Position numbers and translations under genes: made by a program. The notes under the pieces were generated by a model. The model saw nothing but the letters and a program-made list of their open reading frames with translations. It ran no database searches and was not told the origin of the DNA. From contig JBEKTZ010000004.1 in NCBI GenBank assembly GCA_049515535.1, forward strand, positions 1 through 64,000: a DNA stretch of 64,000 nt, given 5' to 3'. Positions within the stretch are counted from its first letter, which is position 1; every line of letters begins with the position of its first letter. The stretch is from Candidatus Aminicenantales bacterium (GTDB lineage Bacteria; Acidobacteriota; Aminicenantia; Aminicenantales; UBA4085). This document shows, piece after piece, positions 27,077-36,096 of the stretch.

Positions 27077-29187
27077 ACCGTCCTTTTTTTCTGTCATTCT
27101 TAGTGGTCGGATTCTTTTTGGGAGCCTCCGTTTTACAAGCCGGTGAAATCGACGCAAAGCCCAACGTCCTCTTGATCACGATCGATACCTTGCGTCCGGA
27201 CCGGCTGAGCTGTTACGATGGTTCCCACTCTAAAACCCCGGCCATTGATGGCTTGGCCCAACGAGGCCTCCTCTTCACCCGGGCGTTCGCTCACAATCCT
27301 TTGACCCTCCCTTCCCACACGAACATCCTGCTGGGGGTGACCCCGCTCGTCCACGGCGTCCACGACAACGCCAATTTTCTCGTCCCCAAAGAGATCCCCA
27401 ACATGGCCGTTTGGCTGAAGGGCAAAGGCTACGCGACAGGCGCGTTCATCGGGGCTTTCCCCCTGGATTCCCGATTCGGCCTGACGCCCGGGTTCGACAT
27501 CTATGACGACAACTACGGCAGCCAGGGCCCGAACGACCTGACCTTCGTCGAGCGGAAGGCCGACGTCGTCGTCGATCTCGCCCTGCAGTGGCTCGCCGGC
27601 CAAAAAGGACCTTGGTTCCTATGGATCCATTGTTTTGACCCCCACCACCCCTATGACCCGCCCGAGCCCTATCGAACGCGATATCGAGAGAACCTCTATG
27701 ACGGCGAAGTGGCCTATGTCGACGCCGCCTTGGCGAGGCTGTTCGGCTTCCTCAAGGACAGGAAGCTTGAGGAGAGGATGATCACGGTTCTGACGGCGGA
27801 CCACGGCGAGTCCCTCGGTGAGCACGGCGAGGCGACTCACGGCTATTTCGCCTACAACGCCACGCTCCACGTGCCCCTGATTCTGGCCGGGCCCGGGCTA
27901 AAACCAGGCCGATCGGGCCAAGAAGTCTGCCATATCGACATCTTCCCGACGGTCTGCGATCTCCTCAAGATCGACCGGCCCCCCGCCCTCCAGGGAGCCT
28001 CGCTCCTGCCGATCGGCCAGGGAAAGAACCTTCCCGCGCGGGCGATCTATTTTGAGGCCCTGACCGCCTATTACAACCGCGGCTGGGCGCCCCTCAAGGG
28101 CTTTATCGACGGCCGCGACAAGTTCATGGAGTCGCCGATTCCCGAGGTCTACGACATCGAAAAGGATTTCGCCGAGCAGAAAAACCTGGCGGCAGTCGTC
28201 GATCTGGATGCGTACCGACGCAGATTCGATCAACTTGTCAAAGCGCTATCGGCCCCGAACGAAGCTCCGGCGCGGCAGAAAATGGACCGGGAGACCCAGG
28301 AAAAGCTAAAGAGCCTGGGCTATGTCACTTCGCCCCAAGCCCCGTCCCGTAAGACCTTCACGGACAAGGATGACCTGAAAACACTCCTCCCTTATCACGC
28401 CAAATGGATGAAGGCGATCGCCTCCTATTCCAAGGGCCAAACGGAGGAAGGGATCGCCCTTCTGCGGGAGATCATCGCCGAGCGGAAGGACTTCGACCTG
28501 GCTTATACCTATCTGGCCAATTTCTACAAGAAACAGAAGCGTTTGAAAGAGGCCGTTTCCGTCCTCCTCGAGGCCTATCGGAACAACCCCTCGAGCTTCC
28601 GGATCATCACCACCTACGGCATCTTTTTGGTCGATGCCGGCCGCTTCGACGAGGCCATCGAGATCCTGAACAAGGGGATCGCCCTCATCGATTACGACCC
28701 CGAGGTCTGGAACTACCTCGGAGTGGCCTATTGGAGCAAAGGGAACTTCGACGAGGCGCAGAAAGCCTATGACCGGGGCCTGGCTTTGGATACGAATTAC
28801 CCCTATCTGATCAACAACATCGGTTCGCTCAATCTTTCACGCTATCTCAAGTCCAAGGACCCCGGCGACCTCCGCAAGGCCATCGATGATTTCAAGAAGG
28901 CCGCGGCGCTCGATCCGCGCTATCCGTCCGCTTACAACGGATTGGGGGCCGCCTTGAAAATGGCGGGGGACACGGACGGCGCCATCGAGAACTGGAAAAA
29001 GGCCGTTGAGCTCAAACCGGATTACGACTTCCCTCTCTATAATCTGGGGCTGGCCTTTCTGGCCAAAGGCGACAAGACCCAAGCGTTGGGCTATTTTCTG
29101 AGCTATAAAGAGAAATTTTACGGCGGCCTGCCGCCGGCGGAAAAGGAAAAGCTGGACGCCCTGATCCAGAAATGCAGGGGATCTTGA
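27073..29187 (+). CDS. Sulfatase-like hydrolase (Thr at the nucleophile position) with C-terminal TPRs
   Basis: NVLLITIDTLRPD, PLTLPSH, FDPHHPY, ADHGE; TPR tail. Confidence 0.88.
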   Translation: MNRPFFLSFLVVGFFLGASVLQAGEIDAKPNVLLITIDTLRPDRLSCYDGSHSKTPAIDGLAQRGLLFTRAFAHNPLTLPSHTNILLGVTPLVHGVHDNANFLVPKEIPNMAVWLKGKGYATGAFIGAFPLDSRFGLTPGFDIYDDNYGSQGPNDLTFVERKADVVVDLALQWLAGQKGPWFLWIHCFDPHHPYDPPEPYRTRYRENLYDGEVAYVDAALARLFGFLKDRKLEERMITVLTADHGESLGEHGEATHGYFAYNATLHVPLILAGPGLKPGRSGQEVCHIDIFPTVCDLLKIDRPPALQGASLLPIGQGKNLPARAIYFEALTAYYNRGWAPLKGFIDGRDKFMESPIPEVYDIEKDFAEQKNLAAVVDLDAYRRRFDQLVKALSAPNEAPARQKMDRETQEKLKSLGYVTSPQAPSRKTFTDKDDLKTLLPYHAKWMKAIASYSKGQTEEGIALLREIIAERKDFDLAYTYLANFYKKQKRLKEAVSVLLEAYRNNPSSFRIITTYGIFLVDAGRFDEAIEILNKGIALIDYDPEVWNYLGVAYWSKGNFDEAQKAYDRGLALDTNYPYLINNIGSLNLSRYLKSKDPGDLRKAIDDFKKAAALDPRYPSAYNGLGAALKMAGDTDGAIENWKKAVELKPDYDFPLYNLGLAFLAKGDKTQALGYFLSYKEKFYGGLPPAEKEKLDALIQKCRGS

Positions 29188-29203
29188 GGACGGGAATAAA
29201 GAC

Positions 29204-31327
29204 ATGAACGTTCGAAAATTTCGCGGGCTCACGGTTTTGATGGTCATGACGGCCATCGTGGCACTCCTCTCCGGGCCGGCGGCGGCCGGCCAAAGCCAGA
29301 AAAAACAGCCGCCGACGTTGAAAGAAAGCGACCTGCCCAAAAAATACCAGGAGTGGCTGAAGCTCGTGAGCTACATCATCCTGCCCGTCGAGCGGGACGT
29401 CTTCCTCAAACTGACCATGGACCGGGACCGGGACATTTTCATCGAGGCCTTTTGGAAACTGCGGGACCCGACCCCCGACACGCCCCAGAACGAGTTCAAG
29501 GACGAGCACGTGCGGCGATTCAACTACGCCAACCAGTATTACAGGCGGGGGACGCCGCGGGAAGGCTGGATGACGGACATGGGCAGGATTTACATCACCC
29601 TCGGAGCGCCGCGGAGCATCGAACGGTTCGAGAACGTCGAGGGCATTCACACCTGCCAGGTCTGGTACTATTATGGGGACCCCGCCACGAAGCTGCCGGC
29701 CTATTTCGGCCTCCTGTTCTATCAGCGAGGAGGATCCGGGGAGTTCAAGCTCTACAACCCGACCTCGGACGGGCCGACCAGCCTGATGGTCGACACGCAG
29801 GGCCTCGACGTCACGGATTACGAGAAGGTCTACGAAAAGATCCGGGCGCTCGCCCCGACGCTGGCGACAATCGCTTTCTCGATCATCCCCGGCCAATATC
29901 CCTATGGTTTCGTCCCCTCACCGCAGAACAACTTCATCCTGGCCGAGATCTTCGAGTCGCGCCGGAAGAACGTCAATCCGGTCTATGCCACGCACTTCCT
30001 CGATTATAAGGGGATCGTCAGCACCGAGTACATGACGAATTTCGTCGAGAGCACCACCCGGCTGGCGGTCATCGAGAACCCGGCCCTGGGCATCGCCTTC
30101 CTCCATTTCGCGGTGTCGCCGAAAAAGGTTTCGGTGGATTTCTACGAGCCGAAGGGCCAGTATTTCTGTAATTTCAAGCTCGACGTCAGCCTCATGAAAG
30201 GCGCGACGACGGTCTATCAGTATTCCAAGGATTTTCCTTTTTATTTTCCGCCCGACAAGGCGGACAACATCCAGGCCAACGGCCTGGCGGTCACCGATTC
30301 CTTCCCGGTGGTCGGCGGCACGTTCGCGCTGACCATCCTGCTTCAGAACTCGGCCGGCAAGGAATTCACGATCTACGAGAAGGACGTCACGATCCCCGGC
30401 CCGGCGGAAACCCCCGGGATCACCGGCCAAATCCTCGGCTATAAGTTCCAGGATTACATCGCGCCCGTCCACGCGCCGTTCAAGATCATGCAGACCCAGA
30501 TCTCGATCGATCCCAGCGATACGCTGGGGCTCCAGGATGAGATCGCCTTGGCGGCCAACCTGGTCGGCATCTCCGCGGATCTCTGGAAGGGCGGCGAAGT
30601 GGGGATCGCGATCAAAGGGCTCAAAGCGACGGGAGCCGCCCAAAAGAATATCTCGGTCAAGCTGGCTGCCTTCCCTTTCCGGTCGACGATCAATTTCACC
30701 CACGCGCTTCCGGCGCGGGACTTCCCTCCGGACTATTATGAAGCGACCCTCTCTCTCAAGAACGCCGCGGGACAGGTGTTGGACGCGAAGAACATCCCGT
30801 TCGTCATCTCGCCGGCGGAGTCCGTTTCCCATCCCGTCACACTGGCCAAGACCATCCCTCTGACCAACAGTTTCCTCTTTTACTACACGCTGGGCTATGA
30901 ATCCGGAAAAATCGGCGAGCCTCGGCAGGCGGAGACGTATTTCGAGAGAGCCTTGAGCCTGAAGCCCGACTACCTCGAAGGTCATGCCGAATACGCCTTC
31001 TATCTTCTGGGCATCGGGAAATTCGACCGCGCGCTGGAAGTGGCCGAGCCGCTGAAGGAGAGCGACAAACTCCTCTTCGATCATTACCTCATCCGGGGGC
31101 TGGCCCTGGCCGGGCTGGGAAAGGACGCCGACGCCCTTGTCAGCCTGCTCGAGGGCAACAAGATCTATAACTCCGATACGCGCCTCTTGAACGGGCTCGG
31201 TGCCTGTTTCTTCAGAACCAAGCAGAAAAAAGAGGCCTTGGATGCCCTCCAGTCCTCCCTTCGCCTCAACCCCGACCAGCCCGATATCAAAGCCCTTCTG
31301 GCCAGGGTCGAAAAGGAACTCAAATAG
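29204..31327 (+). CDS. GWxTD-domain protein with C-terminal TPRs
   Basis: FWKLRDPTPDTPQNEFK..GWMTDMGRIYITLG. Confidence 0.9.
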   Translation: MNVRKFRGLTVLMVMTAIVALLSGPAAAGQSQKKQPPTLKESDLPKKYQEWLKLVSYIILPVERDVFLKLTMDRDRDIFIEAFWKLRDPTPDTPQNEFKDEHVRRFNYANQYYRRGTPREGWMTDMGRIYITLGAPRSIERFENVEGIHTCQVWYYYGDPATKLPAYFGLLFYQRGGSGEFKLYNPTSDGPTSLMVDTQGLDVTDYEKVYEKIRALAPTLATIAFSIIPGQYPYGFVPSPQNNFILAEIFESRRKNVNPVYATHFLDYKGIVSTEYMTNFVESTTRLAVIENPALGIAFLHFAVSPKKVSVDFYEPKGQYFCNFKLDVSLMKGATTVYQYSKDFPFYFPPDKADNIQANGLAVTDSFPVVGGTFALTILLQNSAGKEFTIYEKDVTIPGPAETPGITGQILGYKFQDYIAPVHAPFKIMQTQISIDPSDTLGLQDEIALAANLVGISADLWKGGEVGIAIKGLKATGAAQKNISVKLAAFPFRSTINFTHALPARDFPPDYYEATLSLKNAAGQVLDAKNIPFVISPAESVSHPVTLAKTIPLTNSFLFYYTLGYESGKIGEPRQAETYFERALSLKPDYLEGHAEYAFYLLGIGKFDRALEVAEPLKESDKLLFDHYLIRGLALAGLGKDADALVSLLEGNKIYNSDTRLLNGLGACFFRTKQKKEALDALQSSLRLNPDQPDIKALLARVEKELK

Positions 31328-31440
31328 GCGGTTGGATGCGAATCCCGGCCTTTTTTTTGTCCGAGGGGATGATATAGAATGAATTTTTATCGGAGCCGGA
31401 GGCCCCGTCGATCCTTTGTTCGGCTCGCGAGAGCGGCGTT

Positions 31441-31457
31441 TTGGCATGAAATATGCT
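31441..31457 (+). promoter_or_regulatory. Second sigma54-type promoter
   Basis: TTGGCATGAAATATGCT, nearly identical to 22898-22914 and followed by the same TTTTTCTGG. Confidence 0.65.
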
Positions 31458-31472
31458 GTAATTTTTCTGGTC

Positions 31473-32176
31473 AAATCTGGATTGGTGGCGCATTCTGACG
31501 GCGCGGACATCGTTTAGGCCGGCCATCGTCGTCTTGAAAAGCCAACCGCCCAAGGCGGCCGCGGTCCCCAAAAAAGAGGGCCCCAAAAAATAGGGCGAAA
31601 GGAGATCGGATCATGAAGAGAGAAGAAGCATGGGAACTCGTGACGACGCATCTCGAAAACAAAAACCTCGTCAAGCATTGCCTGGCCGTGGAAGCCTGCA
31701 TGAAGGCGATGGCCGCCAGGCTCGGCCAGGATCCCGAGTCCTGGGGCTTGGCGGGACTCGTCCATGATCTGGACTATGAACTGACTGAGAAGAGCCCGGA
31801 GCTCCATACCAAGGAAACCGTCAAGATCCTCAAAGGCCTGAACCTGGATCCGGTCGTCATTCATGCGGTCGAAGCTCACGCCGCGAAAGTCTCGTGCGAA
31901 AACGCCATGGACTGGGCCATCTTTTCGATCGATCCTCTCACCGGCTTGATCATCGCCGCGACGCTGATGCATCCGGACAAGAAGCTCAAGAGCATCGACC
32001 TGGAGTTCGTCAAACGACGCTACAAGGAAAAAAGCTTCGCCCGCGGCGCACGGCGGGAAGAGATCGAACAGTGCAAAAACCTCGGCCTGGATCTCGACGA
32101 GTTTATGTCGATCTGTCTCCGCGCCATGCAGGGCATCGACCGGGATTTAGGGCTGTAACAGAGGTTGCCATCGCCG
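31473..32176 (+). repeat. Direct repeat copy 2 with internal deletion
   Basis: Matches 21657-22537; deletion joins GGCGATCGTCG to GGCCATCGTCG. Confidence 0.93.
31613..32158 (+). CDS. HD(IG)-domain phosphohydrolase, identical duplicate
   Basis: Translation identical to 21974-22519. Confidence 0.88.
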   Translation: MKREEAWELVTTHLENKNLVKHCLAVEACMKAMAARLGQDPESWGLAGLVHDLDYELTEKSPELHTKETVKILKGLNLDPVVIHAVEAHAAKVSCENAMDWAIFSIDPLTGLIIAATLMHPDKKLKSIDLEFVKRRYKEKSFARGARREEIEQCKNLGLDLDEFMSICLRAMQGIDRDLGL

Positions 32177-32280
32177 TCCGCTATCATCTCGCGGACGGAG
32201 GCAGGACGTTGACGGCCGGCGAAAACTTCCGCGGCCCGATCCTCAAATACGACAACCTCTGGGTTTTCGAGAAGGAGTAG
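32170..32280 (+). pseudogene. Orphan 3' gene fragment
   Basis: ...IAVRYHLADGGRTLTAGENFRGPILKYDNLWVFEKE* begins at the repeat end. Confidence 0.45.
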
Positions 32281-32301
32281 GGCCCAAGATCCGGTTGCCG
32301 T

Positions 32302-33477
32302 TCACTTCTTGCTGTAATCCAATCCCAGCACGACGACGTCGCCCTCTTTCAGTTCGCCGCCGGCGATCTCCGTGTAGGTGTTGCCGTTGACCCCCGTATG
32401 GACGCCCACAGGGGTCAGAGAGCCGTCGGCCTGCTGAACCCAAACGCGCGGCCCTTCTCTCTTCGGGAAAGGCTTCGCGGCGGGTTTTTTCGCTTTCTTT
32501 TTGGAAACCGCCGGCAGGGCGGGCTCGAATTTTAAGGCCGAGTTGGTGACATATAGGACGTTCTTGGCTTCCGCGGTGATGATGGTGGCGGTCGCGGTCA
32601 TGCCCGGCAGCAACTTGCCCTCGGGATTTTCGGCATCGACGAGCGTGTGATAAGTGACGACTTTCCCGGTCGAGTCCGTCTCGCCGCCGGCTCGGACCTG
32701 GAGGACCTTGCCCTGGAAAACCTGGCCGGGATAAGCTTCGACCTCGAAACGGACATTCAGTCCTTCCTTGACCCGGCCGACGTCCGCCTCGTCCACATCG
32801 CAATCCAAAAGCAGCTTGCCGATGTCGTTGGCCACCTTGAAGAGTTCGGGGGCCAGCATGCTCGACGCAAGGGTCTGGCCGACGTTGATCTCGCGGTAGA
32901 TAACAACCCCGTCCATCGGTGCGCGGATGGTGCAGTTGTTAAGGTCGATGCGGCTCTGGTCGAGCAGGGCTTGGGCTTGTTTTAGCCCGGCCTGGGCGAT
33001 GAGAAGGTCGTCTTTGGCGGCTTCGTACGTGTCGACGGCCGTCTCCTTGTCCTCGACGGAGATCTGCCCTTTATCGAAAAGGTCCACGTTCCGGTCACTT
33101 TCCTTCTTGGCAATATCGAGGGCGATCCGGGCTTTTTCGACTTCCGCCTGGGCCGATTGATAATTCGCTTCGCGCTGTTTGAGGACATCCGCGAAGGGCG
33201 CCTTGTCGATTTCGGCGAGGATGTCGCCTTTCCTGACCTTGGCGTTGAAATCCGCGTAGATCTTCGCGACCTTTCCGGAGACCTGGGCTCCCACCGGAAC
33301 CAAGGTTACGGGGCTCAGCGTGCCGCTGGTGATGATGATGGATTCAATATCCCCCCTCGCCACGGCTTCCGTCCTCAGGTTGGGTCCTTTGGTGAAGTTC
33401 CGGTGAATATAGAGCTCGAGTCCGACTACGAGCACGATGATTAAAAGGACAAGGCCGGCGATCAGTTTTTTGTTCAC
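32302..33477 (-). CDS. Efflux periplasmic adaptor (MacA-like membrane fusion protein)
   Basis: VGAQVSGKV, IRAPMDGVV, VDEADVGRV, LLPGMTA. Confidence 0.9.
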   Translation of the reverse strand: MNKKLIAGLVLLIIVLVVGLELYIHRNFTKGPNLRTEAVARGDIESIIITSGTLSPVTLVPVGAQVSGKVAKIYADFNAKVRKGDILAEIDKAPFADVLKQREANYQSAQAEVEKARIALDIAKKESDRNVDLFDKGQISVEDKETAVDTYEAAKDDLLIAQAGLKQAQALLDQSRIDLNNCTIRAPMDGVVIYREINVGQTLASSMLAPELFKVANDIGKLLLDCDVDEADVGRVKEGLNVRFEVEAYPGQVFQGKVLQVRAGGETDSTGKVVTYHTLVDAENPEGKLLPGMTATATIITAEAKNVLYVTNSALKFEPALPAVSKKKAKKPAAKPFPKREGPRVWVQQADGSLTPVGVHTGVNGNTYTEIAGGELKEGDVVVLGLDYSKK

Positions 33478-33676
33478 TTCTGTTCTCCCTATTATTCCAA
33501 AATCCTCTATATCCCATTAGACATCCGTCAGGTTTCAATGCTTTGCGGCAGCGCGGAGGAATGGCGATCCTCCCGGCCGATCGAGAGGGACGAAATCCGG
33601 CGGACCCCCATGGGGACAGGGAATCATGTCCCCGAAACTGTGCTACGGTCCGGCCCTGTCGCGGCCGGGCCCTGGA

Positions 33677-35647
33677 TCAAAAAACTTTGACTTTGGCTCC
33701 CACTTCGAAAAACCGGGCCCGCCATGGAAATATCGGCTCGGAATAAAAATAATCATCGAAAATATTGGTCACTTTGAGGAAGACTTCGAGCCGATCGAAT
33801 GTGTAGGACGCGACGGCGTCAAGGTTGAAGTAGGATGGGATGGCGAGGAGCGCGTTCGTGGAGGAGTCGACCCAGCTCGAATTCGAAGCGAAAAGCCCCA
33901 GGAAGCTGATGCGCAGGGCGGAAAAGGGGTTGAGCGAAACATCGAAATTGAGGTTGTGATTCGAGAGCGCGTCGAGCGGTCGGTCGTTGGTCTCGTTCTT
34001 ATGGTCGATGTAAGTGTAGTTGAGCGTCGCTTCAAGCCAGCCCAGTGATTTCTGGGCCTGGAATTCCAGGCCGTTGATATGGGCTTGGCCGATATTCCAA
34101 TTCCGTTTCGTGCCGTCCGGAAGCGTCATGGTATCGATCATGTTCTTGAACTGATAGGTAAAGACGGATCCCGACAGGAAAAGTCCTTTGTTCCAGGTGA
34201 ATCCGAACTCTCCGTTTGTTCCCGTTTCGCTCAGCAGGTCCGGGTTTCCGCCGGAGGGCGAATACATCGCGCGCATGTTGGGAAACCTGGATTTCTGCGA
34301 GAACGAGAGGTGAAGATCCAGGTTTTCCGCGGGCGTGAACTTGAGTCCCAGGAGGGGATTGAGGCGCGAAGCGCTGCCTCCGGTGAACTTATCGATGACG
34401 TCGAGGCTCAGCCCGCCGATGACCTTCCATTGGTCGGTCAGGGAAACGTGGTCCTCGACGGCCGCGGAGAAGGTCCCTTGATCATATCGGGTCCAGGGCA
34501 AGTTGACGTCGTCCTGCGTCCGGGCGATGTCCTTTTGATAATTGAGGCTGACCTTGAGGGAGTTCCAGGCGGCCCATCCGAAATCGGCCAGGACGAACGC
34601 GCCGTAAACCGAGTTGTTGAAAGTGCTCTCGAACTGACGGCTCGTCATCGCCATATCTTTGTATTGATCGAGGGTATTCCGGTAGTTCACGAAAAACGTC
34701 CGGAACCGGAGAGTCGCGTTCTCGCCCAGGGACGTAAACCCGCCGGCGTTCAGGGTATAGCGATCCCAGTTCTTGAAGTGCCAGTAGCGGGCCTTTTGGA
34801 CGCCCAGCGCCGGCGGCATGCCGTACTCCGAAGTGTAAATGCCGCCGTTGATCATGATCTCCGTGTTGCTCGATGGCGTGTAGTAAGCTTTGGCGTTGAG
34901 ATTGAACCTTTTATAGTCCGTGTTCATCCACGAGATCTTGTCTCCGGTCGCGGCGTCGGGATAGGCGAAGCCGTTCGAGTCTTGATAGGCAAGATTGCCG
35001 GCCAAAGCGAATTTATTCAATTGGAAACCGGAATCGAGATCGAAGGACCGGGTTTTCCGCTCTCCTTCGAAAAGGGAAGGCAGGAGCACGGAGCTCGCCG
35101 ACAGGGTCAGATAGAGGTCGGCGCCAGGGCGGCGGGTGATGACGTTGACGATGCCGGCCAGCGTATTCGGACCGTAGAGGACGGAGGAGGGGCCTTTGGT
35201 GATCTGGAGCGAATCGAGTCCTGCGGCCGAGACCGTCTTGAGGTCGAATGAGCCGTAATAAGGCTCATAGCTCGGCACGCCGTCAATGAGCAGGGCGATT
35301 CGCCGCGAATCCATGCCGCGCAGTTTCAGGGTGAACTCGTACTTGTTGCCGTAGGTCACGCTGACGCCCGGCGCGTAGCGGATGGCCTCGGACAGATCGA
35401 GGGGCTTGTTCTGGTCGAGTTTCGTGAAATCGATCCGGGTGACCGTGGCGACAGGCTGTTCCTTGGGAGCTTTGCCGACGACCAGGATCTCTTCGGTGAT
35501 CTTGACCGGCTTTTCTTTTTCCTGTTCTTTCTTCTTGGCCTCTTCTTGAGCGAAACCGGAAAAGGAAAGCAGGAAGATCGAAACGACGGCCGCAGCCAGA
35601 ATCTTCAAGACGAAATTATTGGATTTCAAGACTCTAGAATGATGCAT
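33677..35647 (-). CDS. TonB-dependent receptor (small-molecule type)
   Basis: Signal peptide, EEILVVG TonB box-like, LRG..LLIDGVP, KGPSSVLYG..GIVNVIT, C-terminal Phe. Confidence 0.92.
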   Translation of the reverse strand: MHHSRVLKSNNFVLKILAAAVVSIFLLSFSGFAQEEAKKKEQEKEKPVKITEEILVVGKAPKEQPVATVTRIDFTKLDQNKPLDLSEAIRYAPGVSVTYGNKYEFTLKLRGMDSRRIALLIDGVPSYEPYYGSFDLKTVSAAGLDSLQITKGPSSVLYGPNTLAGIVNVITRRPGADLYLTLSASSVLLPSLFEGERKTRSFDLDSGFQLNKFALAGNLAYQDSNGFAYPDAATGDKISWMNTDYKRFNLNAKAYYTPSSNTEIMINGGIYTSEYGMPPALGVQKARYWHFKNWDRYTLNAGGFTSLGENATLRFRTFFVNYRNTLDQYKDMAMTSRQFESTFNNSVYGAFVLADFGWAAWNSLKVSLNYQKDIARTQDDVNLPWTRYDQGTFSAAVEDHVSLTDQWKVIGGLSLDVIDKFTGGSASRLNPLLGLKFTPAENLDLHLSFSQKSRFPNMRAMYSPSGGNPDLLSETGTNGEFGFTWNKGLFLSGSVFTYQFKNMIDTMTLPDGTKRNWNIGQAHINGLEFQAQKSLGWLEATLNYTYIDHKNETNDRPLDALSNHNLNFDVSLNPFSALRISFLGLFASNSSWVDSSTNALLAIPSYFNLDAVASYTFDRLEVFLKVTNIFDDYFYSEPIFPWRARFFEVGAKVKVF

Positions 35648-35653
35648 GACGTT

Positions 35654-35760
35654 CTCCTTTTCAAGCACGGAAGGCAAAGCCGTTTCCCGCTTTGCCCTAT
35701 CGGCCAAAGGGCATGGCCGGCCGCGAAGGCTCGGCTTTAGCTCCTTTGGCTCGGAGCGGG
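35654..35760 (-). ncRNA. Moco-class riboswitch-like RNA, probably the tungsten-cofactor-type variant
   Basis: CTCCGAGC-CAAAGG.CTAA...CATG.CCTTTGGCCGATAGGGC-AAAGCGG-GAAA-CGGCTTT-GCCTTCCGTGCTTGAAAAGGAG; 5' CTCC can pair with the RBS GGAG. Confidence 0.78.
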
Positions 35761-35765
35761 TGAGG

Positions 35766-35813
35766 AATATAGCATATTTCAATTTTGACTTCAACTTTTG
35801 CCTGTGCTATAAA
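35766..35813. promoter_or_regulatory. Overlapping divergent sigma70 promoters
   Basis: Minus TTGAAG-17-TATATT and plus TTGACT-17-TATAAA, both with extended -10 TG. Confidence 0.65.
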
Positions 35814-35925
35814 ATTTCTGGCGGGACGGCTCGAGACGAGAAAGTCGCCGATGAATGGGATGCCGGCGCGATGTCCCGGCCGTGCCGCGAAGAGCGCCGC
35901 CGACGGGCGCACAGGAGAGTTCTTC

Positions 35926-36096
35926 ATGAAAGAAGCATCGATCGTCCTGAGTGTGGACGACAAAGACGTTCCCCTGAATCCGTTCGTCCGGAAGATCATG
36001 ACCAATACCATCGAGGGAATGGTTCGGTCGCTGGACAACGTCGCGAAGAATCCCCGGGAAATCCGCGTCACGATAACGAAGGAGGTCAAAGGATGA
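35926..36096 (+). CDS. Small protein resembling the C-terminal extension of MobB
   Basis: LSVDDKDVPLNPFVRKIMTNTIEGMVRSL; AGGAG RBS; coupled to the next gene. Confidence 0.6.
   Translation: MKEASIVLSVDDKDVPLNPFVRKIMTNTIEGMVRSLDNVAKNPREIRVTITKEVKG

Noticed and set aside
33612..33633. GGGGACA...TGTCCCC hairpin as a mobile repeat
   Set aside because: Only 7-bp arms and a single copy noticed in the window
35654..35760. Cobalamin riboswitch upstream of a BtuB
   Set aside because: No B12-box or GCCACTG elements; the features fit the Moco class
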